The notes under the pieces were generated by a model, which had not been told where the DNA came from, ran no database searches, and saw only the letters and a program-made list of their open reading frames with translations. Below, piece after piece: positions 47,976-61,404 of a stretch of 64,000 nt of DNA (positions are counted from its first letter, which is position 1; each line of letters opens with the position of its first letter). The position numbers and the translations under genes are program-made. The DNA comes from Hypanus sabinus (Eukaryota), in assembly GCF_030144855.1 (NCBI RefSeq), contig NC_082728.1:33232001-33296000 (forward strand), read 5' to 3'.

Positions 47976-49790
47976 TGATAAATAAAGAGACTGCTTCATA
48001 GCGATCAGTACTTCTCTCTGGTGACTTTGCTCACACAACGATATTGGGGGTTCGTCCGTGAGGCCTTTGTGACCCATTGTGTGGCTAGCAATTTCGGCAG
48101 TCTAAGTGGGTGAGTATTTTTAATAAACACTTGGACCTGTTCAGGTTGGTGGATGCAGGATTGTCAGGTAATATGAACGTGGTGGGAGTTGAAATGGTGT
48201 GTGTGTGTACATATATGAGGAAGGATTCATGTGTACATGTATGAGGAAGGGTTGGATAATCCAAGGAGGGAAGACCCCGTCTTCCTGAAGATACTGAAGG
48301 AAGATCTGGGACCTGAGCACAGCCAGCAGAAAGTTTTAGATTTCGGGATAGTGGTGACCTGGTGTCACGGACCAGTTAAATAGACTGGAGGAGGGGCAGA
48401 GGGAGTTGTAAAGAGGCTGTGCTGAATGTAGCTGTTGAGAATTTGCTTTGTGTGCCAGCAGCCAGGGCATGTTTCAGGGAACTGCTGGAATAGACGTGGG
48501 AGGATAAAAGAGATGATTTGTTACAGCTGTGGCTTCTCAGATGAAGATTAGACGTAATGCTCTGAGGAACAGTGTAAGTATGTAAGTCACTTACCAAAGC
48601 AGGCAGAATCCATAGCAACGCCCTCTCTTTTCAATTTGACTGCTGACCAGATTATAGAGCTGATGAGATCAAACAAACGGGCTGATGGCAGCCTCTGTTG
48701 CCAGTGATGATCATTCATGGATGTACACAAGAGGCTTATTAGGGGCAAGTAACGTGAAATGTCAGTGAACACAGGGTCGTCAGTATCAATAACTGATCTA
48801 CCCTTGCCCAAGACTAGAGAGGCAATTTACATTACCAGTGCAGGAGGTGAAACAATGAGGGTGGAGGGGACTCAGCCCAGGTACTTGAGATTGAGGGAGT
48901 GTAGCTTGCTGTAGATTTCTGGGTGTGCCCAAACATTAAAAGCAACATCCTGGGAATCGAGGCACTGAGTAAAGCAGGTGCGATCATAGACTTAGGAAAA
49001 GGAGAAATAACATGGACAAGAGAGGGAGAGCAAAGTTCGTGACCTGCAAAGCAGCTAACTTGGCCCACAGAGAGAGAGCAGCACCAAGCAGGGAGGAGAG
49101 AAAAGGCAACATGAGGGAATCATGTCAGGAGGTCCCCAGGGGAGCATCCAAGCACAGTCAGGAGCTTTTTGACGTAGTGCAGCTGCCTGAGGAGATTACA
49201 GTAAAAGCTTGCCAGAAAGGAGACAGTAAGGAGCCAAAAGTGAGCGAGTGGGTAGACTTCAGTGTGAGGAGAGCAGCGGACAAACAAGAAGCAACAGAAA
49301 TTACAAGTATATAGAAAGAAACCACAACTCCCAATTTAATAAGATTACATGGGGAAGGACCACTGAAACCAGGGTAAAGTGTTGAAGGACCGAGCAAAAC
49401 AACAGTAGCACATTACAGATCAGAGAGAGAGCCAGAGGGAGAGGAGATAGTCATCCCATAGCTTGGCGACCAAATCCTGGTGATGGTGCAGCCTGAAAAG
49501 GCAGAGTTTGCTCTCAGATTGATAGGACCACAGACAGTAGTCTTAAAAAATGACTCTTAGTCTGTGTGCAGGGTTGGCAAGTTAATCATTGAAAACACTG
49601 GACTCAAATTAAACCGTACAACTCACCTTCTTGTGGCCCGCCCAGTCAGAGTGGGACATCAGTGTAGTTACAGAGAACCTAAGAGATGAACACCAGCTAG
49701 CTGCACCAGACCTGACCACGGTTAATGTGAACGCGAAGTTAGAGGACATTGAGGGTGCAACAGAAGGCCGAGAATAGCATGCTAAAGTGT
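47976..49790 (+). mobile_element. Internally deleted endogenous retrovirus relic
   Basis: AATAAA 47981; PBS-Pro-like 48045-48062; CCHC knuckle 48444-48485; protease VNTGSSVS...NILGIEALSKAGAII; RNase H-like and integrase C-terminal remnants. Confidence 0.75.
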
Positions 49791-50039
49791 AATGGTAATT
49801 GTACTTGGTAAGGAAGGCTGGTTGCTGAAGGTACTATACATGATTGATTGTGTAGCATAGTATAGAAAAGGTATTAGGGAAAATAGATGGGAAGGGATGC
49901 AACTTACATCAGAGACATCAGGTTCCACAACATCGAGGGTGTGGCAGATAAAGAGTGTGATTAAACTGCAATTGGCCAGCTGGGAGGGAGGCAACAGGCA
50001 TACAAATAACAAAGCTGCATCTTTAAAGAGCGTTACTCA

Positions 50040-50830
50040 AGTTTCAGCTTAGTATCTGATGGCTGAGGTATAATAACTGTTCCCAAACCTGATGGTCTGG
50101 AACTTAAGGTCCCTTTGCCTTCTGACCAATGGCGGCAGCAAGAGGAGAGCATGTCCTTGATGGCAGGGGTTCCTGAAGATGGACGCTGCTTTCAAGTGAC
50201 AGCACTCCTTGGTGGTCAGTGGTGGGGAGGGCTTTACCTGTGAAAGACTGGGTTGTGCCACTACTTTTTGTAGGATTTTCCATTCAAGGGCATTCGTGTT
50301 TCCATATCAGGCTGTGATGTAACCAGTCAGTATACACTCCACCACATATCTATCGAAGTTTGTCAAAGTTTCACATAGGTAGATATACAGAGAGAAAAAA
50401 TGAATACCATTAAGTATAGATATGGAAATTAAATAGCTAAATTAAGAATAGTAGTGCAAAAAGAGAAAAAAAATGATAAAAGATAAAACGGAGTAGAGTT
50501 CATGGGTTTAATGTCTGTTTAGACATCTGATGGTAGAGGGGAAGAAGATGTTCCTGAATTGCTGAAAGTGTGCCTGCAGGCTTCTGTACCTCCTTCCTCA
50601 TGGTAACAATGAGAAGAGGGCATATCTTGGGTGATGGGGATCCTTCCTAATGGACATTTAATAATCCATTGTTTTATGGCAGAAGTACAGTGTAAACCAT
50701 GCAAAACTATAACTTACAATAATAAATAAATAGATAGATAGATGGATGAATAGTGCAGAAGACAAATATTGATGCAATGTTCATGGATTCAGAAATCTGA
50801 TACCAGAGGGGTGGAAGTAGAAGGTTCAGT
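50040..50830 (-). mobile_element. Cluster of Rex1/L2-like 3' fragments
   Basis: AASIFRNPCHQGHALL..PP..RR and QDMPSSHCYHEEGGTEA reading frames. Confidence 0.6.
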
Positions 50831-53560
50831 AGACCTTTTTGCATTCCAGTGACAGTTCAGAGTATATTTTTTCCATTTCACTTCATTTGACTCCCATGTT
50901 CACTTAAAATTACTTCTTTTATATCTACTTTTCCATTCTTGGGCATACTTGAATCTGTCATGAGTATCTGAGAAAGTTTTCCATCAGCTAAAGAATAAGT
51001 GAAGAGTTAGTTTAATCATCACTGCAGCTCCCATTTACAGATTGAATGGCACAGTTCCCAAAATGGTCATTATTTATGTTCTGAGCCAATGTCAAGTTTT
51101 AGGTCAGAAGAAATTGGCTAGAATGAAAGTTGCCTCTGCCAGAAGTCACACTATGTACATTTTCTGAATTTCATCTGGAGCACAGATTCTGGAAGTTTTG
51201 CAAACAATGGCCCAAGATGCATTTGACACAATGAAGGAATGTATTTCTAAATTATGAAATCACATGGGCATTCACAATTAGATAAATAGTTCCTGTGATC
51301 TCAGCTCATACATTTCTGTTCTTGTATTCATTCTGATTTGATAGCTTGTGATATAAACTCCTATTTGAATTTTTGTCTTTTACATTTATGACATTATACA
51401 ATCAACTTATCTCAACCATTCTGACCAATATATTTAGATTAATCTTATTACTTCATGGCTCTTTCTTGCAATGACAGACTCAAGTTCGGCAGCTGGAAGT
51501 TAAACACTTCCGGCATTCAACTTGGTGTATCTTAAAAATGATTTGTATAATTCATTGGCCCTGATGTTAATCTTGTTCCACAAAGGAAACTGTTTATTGA
51601 AACAGTTTATATGAGTCTGGTAAATTATACTTAATTATAAATGGGATCAAAATAGCTGAGGATAACGTCAGGTTTTCCCTTCATTTTTGGAAAAAGCATC
51701 AACATTTGCCTTATAACTGACCCATTGAGTCTTTACTGACTCGAAGTTCATTTGAAATAAATTTGGGGTGTAAAATCCTGAGAGGTATAACACAACCAGA
51801 ATAAAAGCACAGTGCTCTTCGATAAGCTTGGTAGGAACTGGACAAAAGATCAAAGGTGAGTGGTTAAAATGGAAATAAAACGGCACAACTAGATACTTGT
51901 GTACAGACACTACAAATTGAATTCAAATTAGAAATCAAAGGATATAATCTGCATGGCTACAAGTAAATAACCTTGATTGCAGGTACTAATGGAAATAAAG
52001 ATATAGTATATAGTCATTTATATATAAATACAGTCAAAAGAGAATTGATGGGCATGTGTAAGCAGAATAATTTTCATGTCTGTGGAAAAATAAGGAAAGG
52101 GGTCAAAATAAAAAGAGGATTGCTCCTCAGGGGAATAAGCATGGACTTAATGGTTCCATTCAATAGAAGTGCAAGCCTTTTGTTATCGTTTTACCTGAAA
52201 GAGAGAAGAGTAACAGTGTTTTGTTCAGCTCTATTGACACAGGTTATAATTGAATAGAGTTTAATATAAACAGTTAAGCAGCATGAATACACATTTCCCC
52301 TTGTGTAGTAAGACTGGAATCAGGCCTAAAGAATGTACAGGTTGCACATAGAATGAACATAGATTGCACTTCATTTAGTCTATCTGAATGCACTCTAACT
52401 TTTATGATTATGTTAACCTGACATACAAATGCCATAAATTCATCTGATGTTTGAGGACAAGAATTGGACTTCAGGTCTTCTTCTCTCCTCAGCTTTGGCT
52501 CTCATCCAAGTCACTTGTCCAAAGTTCAAAGCAAATGCCTTATCAAAGTACTGTATGTATATGTCACCATATTGTATCCTGAGATTCATTTTCTTGTAGC
52601 CACTCACTGTAGAGCAAAGAATACAATAAAATCAATGAAAATCCACACACCAGGACTGACAAACAACCAATGTGCAAAAGAAGACAATCTGCACAAATCA
52701 AAAAAAAACTTAAGTTATTAATACTGAGAAATGGAGCTGTAGAATCCTTGAAAGTGAGTCCATAGGTTCTGGGATCACTTCAGAGTTGAGATGAGTGACA
52801 TAATCCACACTGTCTCAGGCACCTGATGGTTCAAGGTTAATAACTGTTCCTGAAGCCAGTGGTGTGGGACTTATGGCTCCTGTATCTCCTTCCTAATGGC
52901 ACCAGTGAGAAGCGAACAAGGCCTGGATGGATGGGGTCCTTGATGATGGATGCTGTTTTATTTTGTGGCAGTGCTTCATCTAAAAGTGCTCAATGGCTGC
53001 TCTGAGTGAATTAGAAGATATTGAAAATCATTGAAGGCACATGTCATTGCTTTAGCATACAGTTATAAATTGCTTTGGTTTGGTGACTGCATTCTCAACC
53101 ATAGATCAAATTGATGCAATTTATGAAGATCAAGAAAATGCCACTATAAAACAGAGAGAAAAAACATATCTGAGTTGAATAATGTGCAAGTGTAAAGGGG
53201 TTAATTGTGAGCAGCACTGAGGATTAATTCAGTAAAAAATCAACAATGCGTCAGACACTTGACAGAAATCCATCAACTTGCAAATTTAAAAACCTAACAA
53301 ACCCTCTTCACTCCACCCAGACAGAGGCAAGCCATGAATTGACATGTTTTGTTCTCGTTAAATTATATAATAATTTTGACAGTAAGGAAAAACAGATGGA
53401 AATGTTTGACAGCATTCTTTCATGTGGAGGATACTGGCAGTATGCCAGGAGCTCAAGAGTGCTAGGAGCAGAAGTGACTTTAGCTGCTATTACTAGGAAA
53501 CCTGGGTTACTAGTTAACTTGGTTGACAATTACTAGGTGCTTGGGAAACTGAAAGTCCTG

Positions 53561-54520
53561 AATTGAATTGAATTAAATTGAATTGAGTTGAATTTCGGTT
53601 ATTTTGTCATTTAGACACCACAACTGCAATGCAGTTGAAAAATGAAACAACGTCCCTCCAGAATGATATCACAAAAGCACACGACAAAACAGACTACACC
53701 AGAAAATCCACATAATGTTTGGCAATCTCCAAATCCAGAGTCCGGAGAGACTGCTGCGTATTAATATCGCGCTACCATCTTATCGTGTTCCCTGGAAAGG
53801 AGCTCCAAATCCACCAGACAAAACAAGACTACCCAGACGCACCAAGTCAGGAGACCTACTCTACCACCCAACAAACCAAAAACTAAAGCTACAAGACCTA
53901 CAGAAAACCTCATAGTTGCAATGTATAGTTACAACTGTGCAAACAATACCATAATTGATAAAAAAAAGACCATGGGCACAGTAAGAATATTCCAAAGATG
54001 TTAAAAGACTGTAAGTTCGAAAGAAACCACCACACGGTTTCCACAAGTCCTCAGGGTCCCGATAGACTCGTCATCCCACGCAGGCAGCAGAAGGGAATAC
54101 CCCTGCTATGGACTTCCACAGCGCTGCCGGACTCAGCCTCACAGACGCAGCACACAATGAAAGTGCCCCGACCATAATGGACTCTGAGTCCATCGAACCT
54201 CTGAGCCTCCGACCATCCCCTCTGGCACAGCCTCTCCGAGCACCATCCTCTGCCGAGTACACTACGATGCCCCCGCCACCGGCCACCACAAACACAACCC
54301 CATGGACTGGGGGACTGTTCTTCCCAGCAGAGACCCGGACCTCACAACAGCAGCAGCAATGAAGAAGGCCTTCCTGGAAATTTCCAGATGTTCCTCCGTG
54401 CTCCCATGTCTGTTTTTCATCAGATTAGGATTGTGCACGGCACCCCGCTTGACAAATAACAGATATCAACTCTGGAGAGGCTACTGCAAACAGCGTCGCG
54501 CCGCCGTCATGAAGCCATCT
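53561..54520 (-). mobile_element. LINE-type 3' element with a GC-rich segment and (TTGAA)n tail, inserted next to a CR1 fragment
   Basis: Pentanucleotide tail 53561-53593 and a 3'UTR architecture like the Rex1 copies. Confidence 0.55.
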
Positions 54521-55094
54521 GAAGGTATATAAGTCATCCAGACCAGATGGACTACAACCCATGGTTCTGAAAAAGGTGGCTGTAGAGATTGTGGAGGCAT
54601 TAGTAATAATCAATGGATTCTGGCATAGTTCTGGAGGATTGGAGAAATGCAAATATCACTCCACTCTTCAAGGGAGAGAGGCAGAAGAAAGGAAACTGTA
54701 AGCCAGTTAGTCGGACTTCAGTGCTTGGGAAGTTGTTGGAGTCAATTGTTCAGGATGTGATTTTGGGTACTTAGAGGCAAGAATAGGCCAAAGGAATGCA
54801 GGGAGAAGGCAAGAGGTTGGGGCTGAGAGGGAAATGGATCAGCCATGAAGAAATGGTAAAGCAGATTAGATGGGCAAAATGGCCTACATCTGCTCCTATA
54901 TCTTATAGTCTTATATAGATTAGTTTATATTTATCATTTAACAGTATTATCCATCTATCTACCTATTTATTTATTTATTCATCCATCTATTTATTTATTT
55001 ATTTATTATTTGTTCCATTTTTAGTATTTGCACAGTCTTTTACACTTCTGTCTTTGTTAGTCTTTGCTTGGCTTCATTTTTATTTCGAGGTACA

Positions 55095-55345
55095 GTGTGG
55101 AACAGGCCCTGTTGGCTCAGCAGGCTACACTGCCCAGCAACCCAACTATTTAATCCCAGTCTAATCACAGGACAATTTACAATGACAGATTGACCTACTA
55201 ACCAGTATATCACTCGACTGTGGGAGGAAACTGAGCACACGGACAAAACCCATGTGTTCGCAGGGAGGAAGTACAAACTCCTTACAGAGGATGCTGGAAT
55301 TGAACTCTAAACTCTGATGCATCAAAATGTAATAGTTTTACATTA
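55095..55345 (-). mobile_element. V-domain tRNA SINE
   Basis: gggaggaaactgagcac...gtacaaactcc...ggaattgaac (antisense V domain and B box). Confidence 0.55.
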
Positions 55346-55739
55346 ACTTCTACACTACTCTGGTTTGTGTGTAGTTCTTCAATTCTATTGTATTTCTTTG
55401 TTCTTCTGTGAATGGCTGCAAGCTAATTAATCACAAGGCGTTATACAATGACATGTAAGTACAATAATAAATTTACTTTGAACTTTTGAACTTTGAGGTT
55501 TTTCAGCTTCCTGGAATTAAACAGCAAAACCATTGTAAGAGTACTTGGCATTGGACAGCACTGTAAAACTAAATGGTAAATGGTTTCCTTTCTTTTTCTA
55601 TTCTCTTGCATACTTATTTGAAAAAAAAATTCTTCCTAGCTGTTACGTTAATTTTATCTTTGGAATAGCAGGGGAAAGTTTTTGAGAATTTATGCCAATT
55701 TTGTGAAAGGTGCTGTTCAGATTTAACATTCAACATTTA

Positions 55740-56930
55740 ACATGGGGAGTATTATAGAACAGAGGGATCTAGAATTACAAATACATCGTGTCACAGGACA
55801 ACAGAGTGGTGTGGAAGGCTTTTGGCACTCTTCATCAGTCAGGGCACTGAGTATGGTAGATGACACTGTAGAAGGTGTTGGTGAGACTGCTTTGGATATT
55901 GAATTGAGTTTTTTCAGTCTCTTGTAGGGAAGATACCACCAAACTTAATGTTGCCATATCTCAAGGGATGGAGTCATGGAGAGAAGCTGAACAGGTTGGG
56001 ACTCTATTCGTTGTAGTATAGGAGAATGAGATGTACAGTATATAAAATCATGAGAGGGATAGATCGGGTGAATCTACCCAGAGTTGGTGAATCAAGAACT
56101 AATGGATATAGATTCAAGGTGAGAGCGAAGGCAGTCAACTGAATCTTGAGGGGCCACTTTTTAACCCAGAGGGTAGTATGTATATGGAATAAGTTGCCAG
56201 AGCAAGTGGTGGAGGCAGGTATATTAATAACATCTAAAAGGAACTTGGACTGGTATATCAACAGGAAAAATTTAAAGGGATATGGACCAAATATAGGCAG
56301 CTGGGGCTGGCTGAGATAAGAATCACGGTTAGCACGGATCAGTGGAACATGGTTACTTAATAACTCTATGCTCAATAGTAAATCAGGAAAACACTTGCTG
56401 ATCCTAATGGATGTGCTCCGTCAACAGTTATGAAAATGACCATTTCCATCAGAGCCTACAGCTTGGAATTTTTCCGGGATTCAGCTGGAGAGGTTTGTAG
56501 ATTTTGCTTTAGGCCACTTTTGGACATACATGGCAGTCAATGGTTATATTACTCTCACCTACGGAATGCTGAAAGAACTAGATAGGGTGGATGTGGAGAG
56601 GATGTTTCCTGTGGTGTGGGTATCCAAAGCTAGAGTACACAGCCTCAAAATTGAGGAGTGACCCTCTAGAACAGAGGGAAGAAGGAAATTTTTAGCCAGA
56701 GAGCAGTAAATCTGTGAAATGCTCTGCCACAGACTGCAGTGGAGGTCAGGTCCGTGTCTATATTTAAGGCAAAAGTTGATCATTTCCTGATTGGTCAGGG
56801 CATCAAAGGGTTTGGCAAGAAGGTAGATGTATGGGGTTGAATGGGATCCAGGATCTGCCATGATGGAGTGACAGAGCAGACTTGATGGTCTGAATGGCCT
56901 AATTCTGCTCCTATGTCTTATGGTCTTAGG
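55740..56930 (+). mobile_element. Two CR1 3' fragments
   Basis: RT C-terminal remnants and CR1 3'UTR ggcctaattctgctcctatgtcttatggtc. Confidence 0.7.
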
Positions 56931-57024
56931 ATGATTGAGCTCTCAGGCTGCTGCTCTGGCTGGCATCCCTATTTCCAGGACATTACAGGTATCACACACA
57001 CTCACATCATACAAGAGTTTGAAG

Positions 57025-58342
57025 AAGGTTCAAGTTCAAGTTTATTGTCATTCGCCCATACACATGTACATAGCTGAAAAAAGGTGTTTCTCAGGGACCA
57101 AGGTGCAAAACACAGTGGATACATCACATACAGCACAAAAAATAATATTAACACAATCATTTTAACAGATAAAAAAAGTATTTTGTAGATGTGCCTGTTG
57201 AAAAATATGTATCCATGACATATAGTTAAACCAGCAGGGACAGTGGACTGTTTCAGAGTGTTGTTAAAGATATCTGAGAGAACATTTGCTAGCTGGGCCA
57301 CACAGCACGCAACCAGATGCACTGTCAGAGCCCACACACAGCTTTGCGTGGGTTGACCTTGTCTAGGGTCTTCCACACATCAGCTGTGGCCAGGGAAAAT
57401 GCCCGCTCCTCAGTGTGAGAGCTGTCTTCTTTGCCAGCACCTTGTTCAGTGCATCAAACCCTGCATAGAAGACATTTAACCCAACAGGAAGAGAGGCATT
57501 GACATGCAGAGTGATCTCATCGTTCATTATGGCCTGAATATTCTGTCACATCTGTCATGTGACCCTGGTAATCCCGACATGCTGTAGGTTCTCTGCGTGC
57601 AGTCCCGTTTCGCTGGTCTTGCTAACCTGACAGCTGCCTTATCTCCTGAACTGAAGGCGGCATCCTGTTCTTTCAGCAGCGGCTGGCCCTCTGCCATTAG
57701 CTTTGGCTTCTGATTGTTCTGAATGGTGATGGATTTAATGGTGTCTTTGCTGCACTTCACAATACAGCCAGTCACATATTGTGTATATTCATCAATGTTT
57801 ATATGAGGATCATAGCTTGCAAACTCCTTGACCATGTTCCAGTCCGCGCTTTGAAAAGGGTCCTGCATTGCTGAGGATTCTCCCACCGGCCAGACCCTGA
57901 TTTCCTTGTGTACTGCTTTGGCTCACTTTAGCAGTGGTCTGTATCGACTAGATAATAGATAAGTCATCAGAGTATCCTCATCAGAGGAAGAGGGCAGCTT
58001 TGTAGCCCCCCAGATGTTGCTGAAAACTGGGTCTAATGTGTTCTCTCCTCTGGTGGCAAAGTCCACATGTTGATAAAATGTAGGTCAGGCTGTTTTAAAG
58101 TTTGCATGATTAAAATCCCCAGCACAATAAAGAAGCCATTGGGGTGTGCGGTGTGTAGGTCACTCCTGGCATTGTAGAGCTCATGCAGTGCTTCCCCAAC
58201 ATTCGCAGAAGTGGGGATATTAAAAACCACAATCACAATGGCTGCAAACTCTCTTGGTATGTAGTAGGGCCTGCACGTCACCATTAAAAACTCTACCAAT
58301 GGTGAGCAGTGGGTTGCATTCATAGACCAATTCTTGTTAATG
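57025..58342 (-). mobile_element. Rex1/Babar element with endonuclease region and internal deletion
   Basis: CSPLVEFLMVTCRPYYIPREFAAIVIVVF..P; DPFQSADWN; QLANVLSDIFN; (TTGAAC)n tail. Confidence 0.75.
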
Positions 58343-58344
58343 TA

Positions 58345-58660
58345 CGAGGGGTGATTGATAAGTTCGTGACCTAAGGTAGAAGGAGTTGATTTTAGAAAAC
58401 CTAGCACATTTATTTTTCAACATAGTCCCCTCCTACATTTACACACTTAGTCCAGCGGTCGTGGAGCATATGGATCTTGGATCTCTAGAAAGTGTCCCAG
58501 CAGGGGTGATTGATAAGTTTGTGGCCTAAGGTAGAAGGAGATGAGTTATACAGCTCTGGTTGCACGCGCATGCAGGTCAACTCTTTGAGTGGTTATGCAG
58601 AAAGTCTGAAGTTAATAACTCATCTCCTTCTACCGAGGCCACAAACTTATCAATCACCCC
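58345..58660. mobile_element. Mariner-type MITE with three TIR copies
   Basis: TA|CGAGGGGTGATTGATAAG at 58345, direct copy at about 58502, inverted copy ending 58660. Confidence 0.7.
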
Positions 58661-58979
58661 CACTGAGTTATTAACTGATGAGTTACCATGCTTACCATGC
58701 TTCTGTTTTCTCGTACACCTCTTTCAGCACCTTCCTTCCTGGGTGGGTGTCAGAGGAAACTCTGTGGTTTGAGGGTCTGGTACATGCAATAACCCGAGGC
58801 TATGCAGCTCCACTCTTATCAGACTTGTTAATAAGGTAAACTCACTTTTTGTATATTTGATGTCCAAGAGGGTCTTACACCATCTGTTGGACCCCAAGTG
58901 GCCACTGCAATTGGGTGCTCTGTCATCTTAGCGGATTCCCAATGGAAAACCAATGTGAACATTCTTTTCCAGAGGACCA

Positions 58980-59530
58980 GAATATAAAGCAAGCCTTATA
59001 AGGCAATAGTCAGACCACACTTGGAATATTGTGATCAACTTGGGTCCCATATCTAAGATGTGCTGCCCTGGACAGTGTCCAGAGAAGATTCACAATATTA
59101 ATCCTGGGAAGGAATAGCTTTACATATGAGGAGTGTTTGATAGCTCTGGGTCTGTACAGAGAAATGATGAAACCTGCTGAATACTGACAGGCCTCGATAA
59201 AGCGGATGCAGAGATGATATTTGTATTAGTTGGAGAAGCTGTGATCCAAGGACACAACTACAGAGTGAAGGAATAGCTGTTTAGAACTGGGATGAGGCAG
59301 ACATTTTTCATCCAGAAGGTCGTGAATCTATGGAATATTTTCCACAGAGGGCTGTGGAGGCCTAACGATTGGGTATATTTAATGTAGAGAATGATAGGTT
59401 CTTGAGGTTAAGGGTTATGTGAGTAGGAGGTAGAACAAGGTTGAGTAAAGCAAAAAAATACTATGGTGATTGAATGGTGGAGTAGACTTGATGGCTGATT
59501 TGCCTTATTCTGCTGCTATATTTAATGGTC
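58980..59530 (+). mobile_element. Degraded CR1 3' fragment
   Basis: YKAIVRPHLEYC-like remnant and CR1 3' end. Confidence 0.7.
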
Positions 59531-61404
59531 TTAGGAGGTTTCATTAATTGGAAAGACTTCCATTCCATTAACTTAAGATGCATGGTACCATACAAGATGA
59601 TTATTGTCCAGTTATGTGTTTGATTCCTGGGCAGCTGCTGCAAATAATTTAGTCCACATTGATATTGAAGAAGAAAGAAGAATGAAAACACAGACGTCAC
59701 ACTGCATTAAATACACGGCTGTGTAGATAGTAAATATAGGAGTCACTGTGTGCTGAATGGGTATCTGACTACACTAATGAAGGAATGATCTTTATTGTCA
59801 TTATACATAGATGCAATGAAACTCTGATGGGCTTCCACTCAGGCAATTAAATAAAGTGGTAGATAAAAACAAGACAGTAATAGAAAAACAGTATTAAATA
59901 ACTAAGTAGTCAGAAAATAAGTTGTAGCAGCACCAGAATATCGCAGTAATGCACAAAGTGCCATTAGTGCAAGTATTTGAGTCCTTGTGTGTGCATGTGT
60001 GTTCTCACAGTTTCAGTCATATATTTGCTTGCAGTATAGATTTATCAGGAATTCATCCTGGAGATCAAGGGACAAATTACAAAGAGAGATTGCTCAGGAT
60101 GGGGTTCTATTCCATTCAATTATAAAAAAAATTAAGGTGTAATTTAATTACATTTTTAGGCAGTGAGAGGAAATGGTAGGAGGGTCTGAGGAAGGATCTC
60201 GACCCTAAACATTTCTGTAGATGCTGCCTGACCTGCTGAGTTCCTCCAGAATTTTGTGTGTGTTGTTTTGAATTTCTTGCATCTGCAGACTTTCTTGTGT
60301 TTAGGAACTGGTAGGATATCCTTTCCACTAGAGCACAGTCTAATGTTGTGAGTCAAAACTTTCAAGAATTAAGATATGAAGCACTTTCACACGTAAAGTA
60401 ACGTAGAACTTTGTAATTCCCTTTAACAAATGTGAGTTAATGTTAGATCAATTGTTAATTTTAAATCTAAATTTGTTTGCATTTTAATAATAAAATATAT
60501 TGATGTTAGTTAAAGGCACAAATATGAAGTTACTGAAAGTCACAGATCAATGATAGGAATACAAAAACAGCAGAGATCTCACAGCTTTAAAGGATGGAGA
60601 CAGAGGGCAAAAGTAGCAGCAGAAGTTGTACAAAGAAGATGCAGTATTGAAGGAATATATACATTGCTTCCTGTTTTTGGATGTACTGTTATGGTTGTGA
60701 GATTCAAACTGACTTTAGGAAGGTAAGAAGACAGATAGCCCATTTAAAAAGATATTACTTCTTTGCCTAATCCATTACATCAAAATAATCAATTCTGCAC
60801 ACGGCCACAGTGGCTTTGTCCATTCTTCATTCCGTGACATTCATCTGGGTGAAACTGCCCACTTAACATTTAAATATTATTGACTTTTTGACAAATAATT
60901 CTTTTGAATACTTAGAAATGAAATTTGACAATTTAAAACTTGGCGAATTACCCTTGCAAAATCATTTTAGGACTCTACCTCTTCCCAAACTGGGTACGGT
61001 CCCTGTACTTTCATAAGTGGTGGAGACAGACTGCACACATCCCAGTCCATATAGCTGAGCTAACTTTGTCTTACATTCTCTTAGTTTTGCAAACACTACT
61101 TTCTCTGCTGCAAGTACTTCCATTATCTCCACATCTCTGCAACTATGTAAGGCAGAGTTTGTTATCAGGTTTTATGCAGAACTTTGGCTTTTAATCAACT
61201 AGGGAACAATAGATGAAAAAGTGAACTTCTCTGACCAGCTCAAGTCATGCATCCTGTTTCCATTTTAGTAGGCCTCCCACACAAGCCACAGAGCACTTTA
61301 CTGCAGTTAAGCGTAGCCAAGGCTAGGATACCCATTATAGAAGTACGGCTGGCATCTACTGTGTGCAAACCATCCGTGAAAGGCAACTTGCACTTTAGTA
61401 AACA

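Noticed and set aside
44190-53540. Scattered exon-like ORFs (VHLKVTAP at about 44370, 51668..51910, 53246..53536, 45322-45345)
   Set aside because: Isolated splice-like dinucleotides without consistent phase chains or domain motifs; could not be assembled into Ig domains
58345-58660. Repeated ~40-bp units resembling a CRISPR array
   Set aside because: Only three copies, one inverted, in a eukaryotic context; they are mariner-type TIRs
60971-61146. Overlapping exon-like segments on both strands (+61085-61146, -60979-61142)
   Set aside because: Mutually exclusive, several frames open by chance, no family motif; LAQLY similarity to the B7 IgC is too short to count
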